Source of the DNA: Stylophora pistillata
Taxonomy: Eukaryota
DNA length: 64,000 nt
Assembly: GCF_002571385.2 (NCBI RefSeq)
Contig: NW_019217940.1
Span: 283,432 to 347,431 of the forward strand
Direction: 5' to 3'
Position numbers and translations under genes: made by a program. The notes under the pieces are model-generated. The model was given only the letters and a program-made list of their open reading frames with translations, did not search any database and was not told the DNA's origin. Below, piece after piece: positions 1 to 12,806 of the stretch. How positions within the stretch are numbered: the first letter of the stretch is position 1; each line of letters begins with the position of its first letter.

Positions 1-1280
1 TTGTTTCTACTATATATATCTAGTTTCGAGGTCCTTTTTGAAAACCATATTTGTTATGAAAAAGTTTCCTCAATAAAGATGATTATTATTAACCCGACCC
101 CTAAAGCTGCTCTGAGAGCAGTTTTGTCCTCTCTCTCGCCAAATAAACTAACTATCAGATCAAACCTGATTAGGCAGTGACTTTATTGCAAAAATTTTTA
201 AGGACTATTTACATTCTAGAAAACGCTACAAAATAAATAATCTACTGGAAGACAAAACTATAAATATTTGAAGTGTTTTTCCGGCTCCCTCTCTCAGTCT
301 TCTTAAGATAATAGCAGAATCCCCTTTTCGATACACCTGTATTACAGCTTTAGATTCAGTTTTTGTGATCCCACTCCTCCACATCTTAACAGAGGAATGA
401 ACAAATGGATTAAAAACACCTGAACAAGAGCTAGGCAGATATAAAAATGGTGAAAACGGTGAAACTGACCTATTTCCTACGAGTCCGGTTTTATCTATGG
501 CTTACAATTATTACACTAGTTATTAATTTCGCCAGGAAAAAATTTTATCGGATTCAAAGACTTGATGCTATACGTTTTGAATAGAATGAATTTTTTAAGA
601 TCTTTGATGAAACATATAGTAATTTATTCAAACTTGAGATCAAGCATCAAACCTTTTGGGCGAAACAATTACAGTAGGACTCTTTCAGAGCTGTCACTTT
701 TAATGATGGAAAAATTTGACGTTATTTAAATCAGACTCTTGTCAGCCCTATGCAAATAACGAGGGACGGACGAAAAAGACAAAGGGACGTCTTTATTTGG
801 CCTCTGGGTATGAGTTTCTATTATTTTGACCTCTGGTTGTAGTATATTTTCATGGGCACGAAAAGGTTGAAAGCAGAACAATATGAGCCCTAGAGAGAAA
901 AAACCTGGGGCAAAATATTTTTGTTGCGTGAGAAATCAGTATTTAGAGGTGCGACAACTGACAATAAAACTATACTGTGATAATTTGTATGGAGAAAAGA
1001 TATAGGAAAGAAAAAATGCGGAAAATATAAGAAACAGTCGATACATTGCAAAGAATTAGTTTAAGGAAGAATTTCGAAGCCCGTTCTATAGCGATGGACC
1101 ATAGGTATCGCAACCGAGGCAGCATGTGCTATCAAAGCATCTACAGGAATAAACTCATCAGTGCCAATAGCTCGCAATAAAAACGTGATGTCGGAAACAA
1201 ATCCTGCACTTGCCACGTGCAAGTGATTCTCAAGAAACAGCTGCTTGAAATCTTACGTGATCGCTGACAATTTTCTTAAA

Positions 1281-1721
1281 ATGACAAAACAAAACACAAC
1301 ACAAAGCGGTCTCCAAGGTACAAAAAAAAAAAAAAGATAACCTCTCAGAAATCTGATCTATTTTCATAGAATGATTCCTATTGGAATATTTTGTTTTTTG
1401 CTTTGCTACTGCTGTGAAGAATTTTCATAAGATCTCCTTCCAACGTAAACCGGACCTAACCGACAGAGGCAAGAATATTAATCAGTGTGGATTAATATAA
1501 GGACTTCAATAACTTTTCCATTAGCGCTACCAATGGAATATGCGACTGTACCCGGAAAAGGGGCTGTTAGGCGAAATCCAAGCACGGGAGCCTGCTTGCT
1601 GGCTAAAAAGACGGCGGTAACTGAGGTCTTCCAGGCGGCGTTAGACTGTCGCCGACCGACCTTTAACGAAACTCCTGTCAATACTTGGCTTAAATTCACA
1701 AACAGTATAAGCCGCAATTGA
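1281..1721 (+). CDS. Putative small orphan protein A, ~77 aa, join(1281..1317,1525..1721)
   Basis: ATG at 1281 (aaaATG); donor AAG|gtac at 1318 and acceptor ttttccattag at 1524 join in frame (phase 1) to the ORF MEYATVPG...ETPVNTWLKFTNSISRN*. Shares a C-terminal motif with the ORFs at 2409 and 5864. No family recognised. Confidence 0.4.
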
Positions 1722-2408
1722 AAAGAATTTCAAATTACTGGCTCTCTGCCTTTAAAATTAATTACTGTAACTACAATTTATAACTTGCTTTCATAAGACC
1801 GAGTCGTGTGTTTCTCAACTGACTAATGTTCACCAATCACTTGCCAAAATGTTTGTTTGAAGCTTGCTTACTATTCACACATTGTGTATTGACTTTCTTA
1901 TTTTGAATGCGGAAACAGACCAATTTAAAATTTATTCATTTGCAACAACATCAGTACCTTAAGTAAACGAATCACCTGCGTTGAATGACAACATCAACCA
2001 ATTAAAATAACAATATTATTACAATAACCTGCATAAATTCAGACCTTATCAATATAGAACACAGGCGGGACTCTAACGAAGTAGATCTGAGGCGACACGT
2101 ATCAAGTACACACGAGTTTGGAATAAGGTAATTATTCGTTATCTTTTAGAAGCTCGCTTTTGCAGTGTTTCATCTTCCAAAAGTTGTTAGAATCCAGCAG
2201 TAGTTTTTTCCTTTTAAATGGATTTCTCCTCCATTTATTTTCCATTTCGTCGGCGTGTTCTTCCGTTTTAAATGTCCAATAACAAAACATTCATTCGACG
2301 AGGCTCACACGAGCAAGTAAACTCGATAACAACTATACAGGAACTAGAAATTTAAAAAAGTGGAAAAATCAGGCTGTTGCTAAATAAACATTTCCCTTTA
2401 ATTTCAGA

Positions 2409-2732
2409 ATGGATGTAGCTTTAAAAAGTTCCGAAACAAGCCTTCATTTTGAATCATTCGACGAAACACGTGGTGGTGAAAAACTCCCAACAACAGTCCA
2501 TGTGAATGTGACGTCACACCTGTTCCAAGAAGACGGGGAGAGCGGTCAATTTGACAAAAGAAAGCAAACTTTAGTAACGCAACTTTTCCCGGAATTTTTC
2601 ATTCCCCACAGTACATCGGATGGATCCCCTGAAAGTTGGAAGGTCGTGATGTGCGGCAATCGGAGACTGGATTACAGACTTAGCGACCCACTTATCCAGT
2701 CCTGGCTCAACATGTATGGCTGTATTCATTAG
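2409..2732 (+). CDS. Putative small orphan protein B, 107 aa; probable non-coding first exon ending at 2127
   Basis: ATG lies 1 nt after an acceptor (tttaatttcag, 2407); donor AAG|gtaatt at 2128. Protein-like composition, ending LDYRLSDPLIQSWLNMYGCIH*. Confidence 0.5.
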   Translation: MDVALKSSETSLHFESFDETRGGEKLPTTVHVNVTSHLFQEDGESGQFDKRKQTLVTQLFPEFFIPHSTSDGSPESWKVVMCGNRRLDYRLSDPLIQSWLNMYGCIH

Positions 2733-5700
2733 AGAAGGTTCGCGATACAACTGTGACGCGAAAAAATGATAACAAACACTTTTTCAGCAGATAAATGTGA
2801 ACTTATATATCAAGAACACAAGCACTAATATACGGCAGGAGTGCATAGCTTTATATGATAATATCTGAATATTGTTGGACTTACAGGAGAACGTTTTTGA
2901 GGAGATCTCCAAAGGAAAACATAGCTTGCGATGAAGCAAACTGTTTAACGACTAAAACCTTCACTTTCCAATTTCCACTTTGAAACTTTCCACTTTCGGT
3001 TTTGTAGCAACGAATTTCTCACTAATAAGCTCAAATGAAGCTTAAAAATAAATAGGCAGATAGAATAGATATAGTGGAAGCTATTATCAAATGATATTGT
3101 AAATACAAGGATTTGTGTGGCAGAGAATCGATTATGTTATTTATTAGAAACAGATGAATGAATTAGCCTTCCTTACTTTAGTGCTTTGTTTTTTCTTGTC
3201 TCTCGCGAAGCTTGTAAGCCGCCTCTTCGTGGCCAAGCAATGATCTGTTTTTTCCTCCAGCAAACCTGAAGCCGGAGGGCATAAGCCAAAAAATAGGACT
3301 ATGACTAGAGAGAGTTACCTTATTTCAAGTACAGTGATGCTTCTTCGGAGCTGTTATTTCATTATTTTTGTTGATTAAGAATCAACGACAAGTTGTTTAA
3401 AACCTGACGGTATGTTTTCTGGATACATCGCCTTTAAATTCACGAAGTGCCGCTTTTCTCCAACAAAGCTGAAACCTTTTTTCATTGCTTTTAAAAGGCT
3501 TAGCAATTTACTAAGATCCATCGAGATACAGCATATGAAATTAAAGCGAAGGCTTTCTTAGAAGTGTCGGGGAAACAAAAGTAATTCCCTCGGTAGACAT
3601 GTTTTTTCCTCTTGAGAAGGTTTTATTTCAGCTCCCATTTCAGAGCAATTGTAACAAATGAACTATACTGGCTATGATGATCGCTTTCGAATTTAAAATG
3701 TTCTGGAAACTATAACTTTGAAATTTCTACTGCTCTGGACCCGTCTTTAATAAACGCCTGCAAATATTTCAAAGCTAATAGAAAAATCGTGATACACAGA
3801 TAAAAACCATTCTTCTCACGTACGCGGGGCACTTTCAATGGCTCGCTTGAGATGATGTATTCTTTTGAATTTTGTACTGGAGAACGAGATCAGAAGGGCT
3901 AATTTAAATTTAAACAAAAGAATATTAATCCTGCAGCCAGTAATGAAAGTGGTCTATAGCCCTTACGATATTTTTGGAACTTTCTGTCTATTCAGTAAGA
4001 TGAAGAATTTCCTATTTCTAGTAAAGAGCGTCCTCGCCCTCGCAGGACTCCTTAATTCTGGAAATTGTAAGTTCCCAAAATTTTCCACCATTTTATTCTT
4101 GTACTCCGATATTCAGCAAGAAATATCGTCAAGTGGTGTTTAAAAACCTCGATTCTACTCCAAAACGCTTTATCTTAATATTTCCTATAACAAATTATGT
4201 ATATACATATATTGCACGAATACCGAACAATTTCATTGACATTGGCACTCGGTGTCAATTTTGAAGGTAATTTTAAAGCATTATCGGTGACGGCTAAGCA
4301 AGATCACCTATTAATTCTGCTTTTACACAACACAGTTGAAAGATGGTCATTTGCAAAGTAATATTGATTTACCAAGTTGCAATGACAATCTGTGACAGTT
4401 TGGAATATATAATACCGTAATGGAAGTAATGTATCCTAACTGAATCCTTAGTAAAAACTTGATGCGTGTTCTCATTGGTCAAGTAAAGGTCCCCTGACTA
4501 CCTTACTGGGAACTAAATCGTCAGACAAAAATATGTCAAGGATACGTACGTCGAGGATCTAAAATGACTCCTTTAGTTTTGTTTGCACTTATCAATAGAA
4601 ACAAAAGAACGCTTTCAGTTGAGTATTATATGACTTGAGCCCAAGAAGGGAGAGAGTTTTACAATGATGTCAAATCTCTTATTCCCATTCCCAACCAAAA
4701 AACTCACGGATCAGTAAATAAAAAAAAAAAACCTTCACATCCCTCGTGTGTAGATCGTCGATCGCTGTAATGGTAACGTTAACCGCTGATAACGGCCTTT
4801 TTGTAAAAAGAAGACATGTTCTCTTCCTCGCAAAAAATGAAACATATTCCTCTACACATTCTCACTTAGTCAAACCTGCCCCCGTGTTCTGACCAGCTGG
4901 TTGGGATCTGAATTTTAGGTTTTGTGTTAAGTCCTCCATCTTAGGAAGAGGGCGTTTATCGTGTCTAGCCAAGAAAAGCAGATCCTATCTCAATCCAAGA
5001 TCTTTACCCAGATTTTAATTTACATCACTTATTAAAAATGACATTTACGAATCCAACAACATAAAAAGAAAACAGTTTCTTAATTTATTAGTCTATTAGT
5101 AACAATGTTTTCTTTTTTTCTTTTTGTTTTCAATTTAAAACAAGCAATGAATTACAACTTACCTTTTCATACATGTAAAGTCGAACATTGCCTTGAGCCT
5201 TGATTCAGTAATTAGGTCCACGAATTCTTGACGAAGCACTATCTTCTTTCTTTTGGCGGCGCCAAACGAAAGTCAAAAGAATGAAAGGAAAACAGTGAAT
5301 TCTGAATTTTTCCAGCCAGATTTCCTTCACTGAATCCTTGGATCAAAATCAACAAAAACAATTTGGAAAAATTACTGGTTCACAACAATCGGAAATATTT
5401 TCATTTAGGTGTTCAAACGGGACTAAATGTAGTAAAAAAAACTGCTTTTTAGGAAAATTTCTCCTTCGTACGTGCTGTTTTTCCCTTGAATTCATCGGGT
5501 ACCTCCCACGTGAAGAACATTTCTCATAGAGAGCATCCGTAAAAACATAAACAACACAGGAAATTGGATCGATAGGAAAACATGCACGAAAGTCACCTAC
5601 AAAAGGCGACATTATAAATTCAAATCAAAGCATCTTAAGCTATAAAATAAGTAGTGGTTGTACACCACGTAAAGAGCTCAATTGATGCCGAGAGAATTAG

Positions 5701-5863
5701 ACCTATGATAGACGCCTATAAGAGAGCAATACCGTAAAAATCTCTGGTCTAATATTGCCCAAAATTGTTTTTGTCTGTATATATCGTTGTACTGCTGTAA
5801 ATGTTGCTGTAAGTCGAAGAGTTCAATTTAAAGAAGAAACAAATCAGCAGGCGAAGTAGGAAA

Positions 5864-6448
5864 ATGTCGGAGGATTCCGTTAGTTCTACCGGCCTCGTAC
5901 CTCGTATATCCTATTCAAGGCATTTTGGTATCGGCGACTTTGCCTCAAATGAGAAAATTCATCAACATACGGAAAGGTCAGTTCCAAGCAAAATTATCTG
6001 TGCTAAAGAGAGAAACGAGGGTTGCCAAAATGACAATCTGATGAGGAGAGAAACATCTTCAATTGAAATTAAGGGCTGCAGAGGGACTCGTTGTGGAGCA
6101 AATAAAGACAGCACAAGAGAAAAGAAATATTTATCACCGCCTTCTCTAAAATTTGAAACCCCTTTGTGTGCGACGAGCTTTCCCCAAAGAAAGTTCACCA
6201 CCGACAACTCACAGAACCTTTTCAGAACTCGTTCAGTAGGAAGTGACTTATCGTGCGAATTTTCCAGAGGAGAAGCCTCCAGGTTTAAAGAACAGGTCTC
6301 ATTTAAATTTTACAACGATAGACAAGGAAAGAAATACTATCAGACATTGATGGTGGAAAGTGTCCAACGGGGTTCTTGCTCAGAAAAACCGAATGATGAA
6401 GATCAACGAGAGAAAATTATAAATTCGTGGATGCAATTTTTCGGATAA
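5864..6448 (+). CDS. Putative orphan protein C, 194 aa, largely disordered
   Basis: 585-nt ATG-initiated ORF (aaaATGt) in AT-rich DNA; S/K/R/E-rich; ends EKIINSWMQFFG*. Confidence 0.55.
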   Translation: MSEDSVSSTGLVPRISYSRHFGIGDFASNEKIHQHTERSVPSKIICAKERNEGCQNDNLMRRETSSIEIKGCRGTRCGANKDSTREKKYLSPPSLKFETPLCATSFPQRKFTTDNSQNLFRTRSVGSDLSCEFSRGEASRFKEQVSFKFYNDRQGKKYYQTLMVESVQRGSCSEKPNDEDQREKIINSWMQFFG

Positions 6449-6744
6449 GAATGATAGCTGTCGGCTCCTTGTTGCAAATGTCCTTACTTGAACAGGAAGA
6501 GAAAGAAACTTTGCCAATACAACGAATGTTGTCGCAGCTAAAGAAAACTCAAATTGAAAAACTGTGCTGCCTGAAGGACAATAACGGATAACTGCCATAG
6601 ACTCAACTGAGGAGGAAGATGCGCGTCTAATGTCAATTTAAGATTACCTTATAGCGAGCAAGATTGTACAGAGACTGTGGTGCTGCGTCGGGGCGGGGGG
6701 GAGGGTTATTACAAAATAATCTAAAAACCGAATTGATAATCTAA

Positions 6745-6858
6745 TACACATGAAAGCGATCTTCGCAGTTGTGAGCACTACTTAAGCAGAAGTGAAAATA
6801 CGGCCTGAAAAAAAAAAAATTCAGGCCGGCCTGTACGAGATTTGAACCCATTACCTCG
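6745..6858 (-). repeat. Fragment of a tRNA-derived interspersed/tandem repeat
   Basis: gatcttcgcagtt...ggcctgaaaaa..ttcaggcc..tgtacgagatttgaaccc is the reverse complement of the copy at 41996-42107, which has a B-box-like ggttcgaatccc. Confidence 0.65.
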
Positions 6859-8301
6859 AATGGAAAGCGTTTGTTACTGCATTAGTTTCAGTTTACTTCA
6901 CCTCGGTCGTGGTTGATGATCGAGAAAACTTGCGCCACATTTTAACCACTATGATACAAGACTAAAGCCTATCGCAGCTTAAGTCTTCCGCGCCGTTTTC
7001 CCGCGTTCGTATCTATAACATATTTACCTTACTGAATTTCTTATTGGGTCTCTGTCGTAGGATTTTTTATATCTTTACAAGATAAGAATTACTCATCTCA
7101 TGTTACAAAGTAAAACGTTTAAAGAGTAGTCAAAAGGTAAAATATAGGAAAACCATGTAAAATAATTGTATGACATTTGCCTTTATTTTGATCGGCCCTT
7201 AGTTATTTCTTGGATTTCATTTATGATAGTCAATCGATAGGTGTTTAGTATAGTTTCTATTATTTATGTCTTGAAAGGTCTTGATTATTTTGATATGTGT
7301 CCCATCATTTCAGTTTTCATATTATTAGTAAGAAGTTTGAAAGTCATCACAGGGCCTAATGGTCCACCATATTTGATTCCTCACTTCTTCACTGGCAACA
7401 TCTTGTCTTCTGTTGATACTTAGAATCTTGCGATTAGTGAAAGAAGCCTTCATTTGGAGTGGGGATGCAAAACAAGCGAAGAATTTTTTACAGGACCATG
7501 TAGCCCCTCGATAGCTACCCACCCCCTTCCGTAGGCCCCTCCAAACTTAGTAAATATCGAAATCATACTCTACAGGCTCGAAATGCCATGCTTTTGCATG
7601 AAATTGGGAGGGGGGGGACTGAATTTTCTATGTTAATATAATCAATTTGAACCACAGGGGGGAGCCTATGGTATTGAGACCGAGTATAGCCATACGGTTA
7701 TTGATTTCTAACATTATTCACAGTGATTTGCAACCCTGACGAACTGGGCTTGACTGTTCAAGTGTTTCTTAGGTAATGCAATTTGTAACTCTCTATTCCC
7801 ACAATCCTTTTGCTTGACTTGTCTTTGATCTTCTGTTTTGTTCTAAATGATTTGATGAGTTTTCGTTACGGTCGATTCCTTTTCTCCACCGACGTAATTC
7901 CCTATTAAATTGGTGGGACGTCATGGAGGCTGGCCGTCCTGAAAAACCCGTAAATCACTAAAAACAACACAGAAGACAAGAGATGAGTTAACATAACTCA
8001 TCTGATTGCCAGGAGGGCTGTTAACAAGTTTCAAAAAAAAAAAAATTGAAAGAAAATAACTCATAGCACCCGACACATGAAATTTCGAGGAACACCTCTG
8101 ACCCAGACCTTCGCAGTCCAGTTGCCTGGTTACTAAGCCAACAAACAAGGCTATGACGTGAATTCCCTAATTTTAGGCCTTACACAGACGAGCGAATTAG
8201 TGGAGTGTTTCCAACTAGATGTGAGAGAGATTTTACTACATATCGCCGCTTTAAGACTGTTCTATTACCATTTTAAGTAGTTAGATAATCAGCAAATCAA
8301 G

Positions 8302-11300
8302 ATGTGGAAGATTTTTGGTGGAAAAAGTAAGGAGCAACCGCCAACAACTCAAGAGGCGATTCAGAAATTGCGATCCACAGAGGAAATGTTGACGAAAAAG
8401 AGTGAATTTTTAGAAAAGAAAATCGACGGAGAGACAGAAACAGCAAGAAAACTTGCTTCAAAAAACAAGAGAGGTGAGAACAGAGTGTGTATCCGTGGCT
8501 ATGCGTTTATTTCCTTTCTCTCCGTGACTCGTAAGACGACATGCCATTAGATTTAAGGTTGCTGACATAGTTGTATGTTTGATGACAAATTGTAGCTGCT
8601 CTTATGGCATTGAAGAGGAAGAAACGACTCGAAAAACAACTGCAGCAAATCGATGGAACATTGTCTACGATTGAGTTTCAAAGAGAGGCGCTGGAGAATG
8701 CTAACACTAACACCGAAGTGCTTAAAAATATGTCGTATGCTGCAAAAGCATTGAAATCTGCTCATCAGCAACTGTGAGTTTACTTTTAAGATATTTTGTG
8801 GGTCAAGGACCCTTTCACGTCCAACATCTAAACAGCAATTCTTCACACTGCCTACCATTTACCTTTCTTGTGATATTTGCTCTAGGAATTTGTTGTTTAA
8901 TCAAACAATATCCTTTGAATGTTTGTGTACTTCCACTTTCTAGCCCCACTGCTCGAAAATACCCATATATTGGAAAGAGAACATCCCTTTTGGTCATTCC
9001 TGGGATTGAAAGGGCAATGGCAGACCAGCTCTTGCAAGTGAAAAAAAATAACTCCCCATTTCATTTGTCTAACTAATTGAAGATTTCTTTGTTAACCACT
9101 TTTACTGAACAACAAGATAACAAAGTTAACCATGAAACTGAAAAGAACACCCACATTAAGGGTTATTGGAAGAGAGAACAAACACTTCATAGTGGTATCA
9201 TTAAATTGTGGTACCAAAAGACAGACTAGAATGGCAGGCAGGTAGTTTTGAAGGCCTGGATAGCATCTTGTACCCAGGAAGTCCTTGGAAAATTAATTCT
9301 CTTACAGTCACATTTTCCTGCATTTTGCTGTCAATTGAAATTTATGATGCACTGTTTTTCCTCCCAGTCAACCAATTTGTTGCATGTATATTGAAAGTGT
9401 AATGATATTTGTGCAAAGGTCACAAGTGGGTAGCTAGCACATTACCAGCAGGTAGATCTCCTACCTGTTACCCAGCTGCTATTGAAACCCTTGCTTTAAG
9501 TTGCATTTATGCCAAGGGTTTGTTTTTTCTCATCATGAGGCTTCAAAAACTTTGGGCTATAGTTAGATGTGATCAGAGTTTTGGCTTGTCTTTGCCAATC
9601 CAATTGCTTTTAATGAAGTTTACAAAACTTATCTAACCCGTACACAACTACACAAGACATTTTACTATTGGGAAACAGAGGTCAAAGATCGAGGTATTAC
9701 TTGACTGATTTGTGTATAAGAACTCCTCGTGCCTGGACAAGGTAGTTGGAGTATTGTTTTATTACATTTGTAAACTCTTTCTAAATCTGTATAAAAACTA
9801 GTAGATAATTTCAAGTTGCCAAACATTTTCCCCAAGGATTTTTAATAAATAATAAGAAGTCATTTGTTATCAGAGGTGCTATGCCATGTGATGCTCCCAT
9901 GTGTGACCAAAATTTCTCCACCTTCCTTTTTTTATCTGTGATATTTTCTTTGTCTCGGTAGTGATGTTGATGATGTGCATGAAATGATGGAAGACATTCA
10001 GGAGCAGACAGAACTTGCAGATGAAATATCTAGAGCCATATCAGAACCAGCAGGCTTTGGAATGGACATTGATGAGGCATGTACCTAACATTATGCAGAT
10101 TTACATATTTATTTACATATGTTTTGGATTTACATACATATGTTTCATATGTTTGTTGCTGTTTGATTATGCAGATTGCAAGATGTACACTTCTACAAAT
10201 TTACTAATTTCCTAACTTTAATTTGAATGTGAATTTAGGTTTTTGAAATCACTATGATTTTTTTTTTTGTTGGTTTGAGAGTGCATGCAGATTGCCTAAT
10301 GAGTAAAATTCGATCCAATTTATTGCAAATTTGATGAAAATGGTTAAACATTAACAATTTACATAAGATATTTTTGGATAAATTTTGAGTATAATGCCCT
10401 GATTATTTGAAATGGCTTGTTTTGCCAGAGCACATAAGCAGAGTAAACTAGGAAAATGCCCAATTTCAGATTTTTGTAACTGCTGCATGTTAACAAATTT
10501 GACCACGTAAACATTCTATACACCTGTGTTTTAAACACCAACTACTCTGAGACAGATAATAACAACAATAGTGTTGCTCCTGTGAAAGGATTAGGCATTT
10601 AATTTAAAAGTAATACTAGTAAACATGTAAAGCAATAACAAGAAGTATTAATTGTTATTGAGCTGTTTGTATTTACAAGTATGATGACAAGATTTTTTTT
10701 TGTGAAAATGTTCACTTTGAACTTACTCACTAGAGAGTGTAGTAACACCTTTTTGCTGAATGGCAAAATCTGGTCATATAAAGGAAGACTACCTCAGCAG
10801 TACTGCTTACCTTAACACGGGTTTCAGTAACATTTTACAAGTAATTACTGATTGCTTAATAGGCAGCTATGAACTTTAAAGAGGCTGTTAAACTCCTATT
10901 AATAAAACCTCAAGAGAGGGGTGAACTGTTCATTGATATCGTTGTCAGTGACAATCTCTTGTTCACCTGTTATTCCCTTTGCATGATGTACTTAGCTTTA
11001 AAAACCTCCTGTAACTCATGCGTAGCCTTGACAAGGTTGTTTAATACATGCTTAAATTTTGTCAGTCGTGGCTAGAAACGCGCTCTGCAAATGAATAACT
11101 AGTTGCATCCTGAGTAGCTTCTCACATTTACACTCTGTGCAGACATTGTGATTTAGCAGAAGTCTATCCACTATTTTCCAAAAACATACAACTTTTCTTT
11201 CTTTGGTACTAGTGCAGAACAAACAAAGCAGCGATCAGCTGCTACTAGCTGGAAACTTCATGGGTAAATTTTATGCTCGCTTTTTTATTAGCCCAATGAA

Positions 11301-12806
11301 AACAATAACTATGTGGTGATTGTCTAGTGGCCTGTTTAAACAAACAAATTGAAAGGATTGAAGTTCAAAAGTAAGCAGCCATTCATGGGGAGGAAAGTAG
11401 TGTGACAAGTCTAACAACAGCTGCAAAGGAGACGGGTAACAGGCAGTACTTTAGAAGAAAGTATTTGCCTGTCTTTGTAGGTGATGTCAGTTCAAACTTG
11501 ACTCTAAATTTTTGTCAATGTTTTATCCCATGTAGGATGAATTGATGAATGAACTTGAAGAACTTGAACAAGAGGGACTGGATGAACAATTGCTAGAGGT
11601 TGGTGGAACAAGCAATCTGCCAAAGGTTCCTGATACAGAGCTTCCAGCTGCTCCAGGTAGATTCATTGCTTATATATTCTGAGTTCTCCATGTCCTCCTA
11701 GGGGAAACAAACCAGATTTTATCTCAATGATCCTTTTTAATAATAAGATTAAATAATAAAATTGCAGCTGAAATGAAACACTAATGAAATATCTGAAACA
11801 CTAATGAAACAGTTTTGACATAAAGAACAATACTCTTGAATACAATGAATTGTGAATAATGCAGGGAAAGCACCTGAAATATGAAAACCAAACAATAGGT
11901 ACAGTGGAATTTGTATCTGTAATAATAATAATAATCTTTATTGAGGAAACTTTTTCATGTACATGTGGTTTTAGAAAAGGACCTTGAAAATTAAGATTAA
12001 GAACTAATATATCTAGGAAGACTAAGAATATAAAATTTATAAAACACTTAAATTAGAAAATTATAAACCTGTCGTTTAAAAATTTGGCAGAGTCTCGTAT
12101 CATCTCGCATAACTTACAAGTTATGTAGAAATTAAGCCAGTAATATTGCATTCCTAGTACTTCCATTCAATTCTTAATGTTATTTTGAAACTAGAATTGA
12201 CTTTCTTTATGACAGCTTAGTAGCTTAATGATTGAAAGACTTTGTTATGGATTGTTTAGAGGTACATAGATACTTGATCTGCCTTTACAACAAAAATTGA
12301 CTTGAAAAACACCACCCTTTGTGAATAAGTTTCGTTTTGTGGGAGTGTCACTGATAGTATCTACACTTGGGAGAGATCATTTAAATTTGTTTTTCTCTTC
12401 ACTATTGCCCTTACTTCACTCAGCCAGATTGTATTTTGTGTTCTTCTTTTAGGCAGTTACTGGTAAATCTACCACCTTCAGTACCACTTAACATTGCATA
12501 GAATTCTTGAAAATTTCACAGATATAAGGATTGCTCCAACAGTTAAAAGGTTTTTTTTTCTTTTTAATGAGGGAGAATACAGGAGATTTCCTTGAGAGAT
12601 AAAGCAGAACTTGTTCCTAGGAGAAGATGCTGAAAGATTTAATATGGTGGCCTACATAATAACCCCTTCAATTGACAAGAGAAATAGTCAGATTTGTTTG
12701 CAACAACTAAGATTGTCTTTTTTTATTTTCATTTTCAGCCAAAGCCAAGACTAAAGCAGTAGCAGAAGATGATGATTTGAGAGAACTTGAGGCGTGGGCC
12801 TCTTAG
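8302..12806 (+). CDS. CHMP4: Charged multivesicular body protein 4 (Snf7, ESCRT-III), join(8302..8473,8596..8773,9962..10076,11536..11656,12739..12806)
   Basis: Spliced translation gives QEAIQKLRSTEEML..KNKRAALMALKRKKRLEKQLQQIDGTLSTIEFQREALENANTNTEVLKNM..DEDELMNELEELEQE..DDDLRELEAWAS*, the CHMP4/Snf7 signature including the C-terminal ALIX-binding helix. Exon phases are consistent. Confidence 0.96.
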
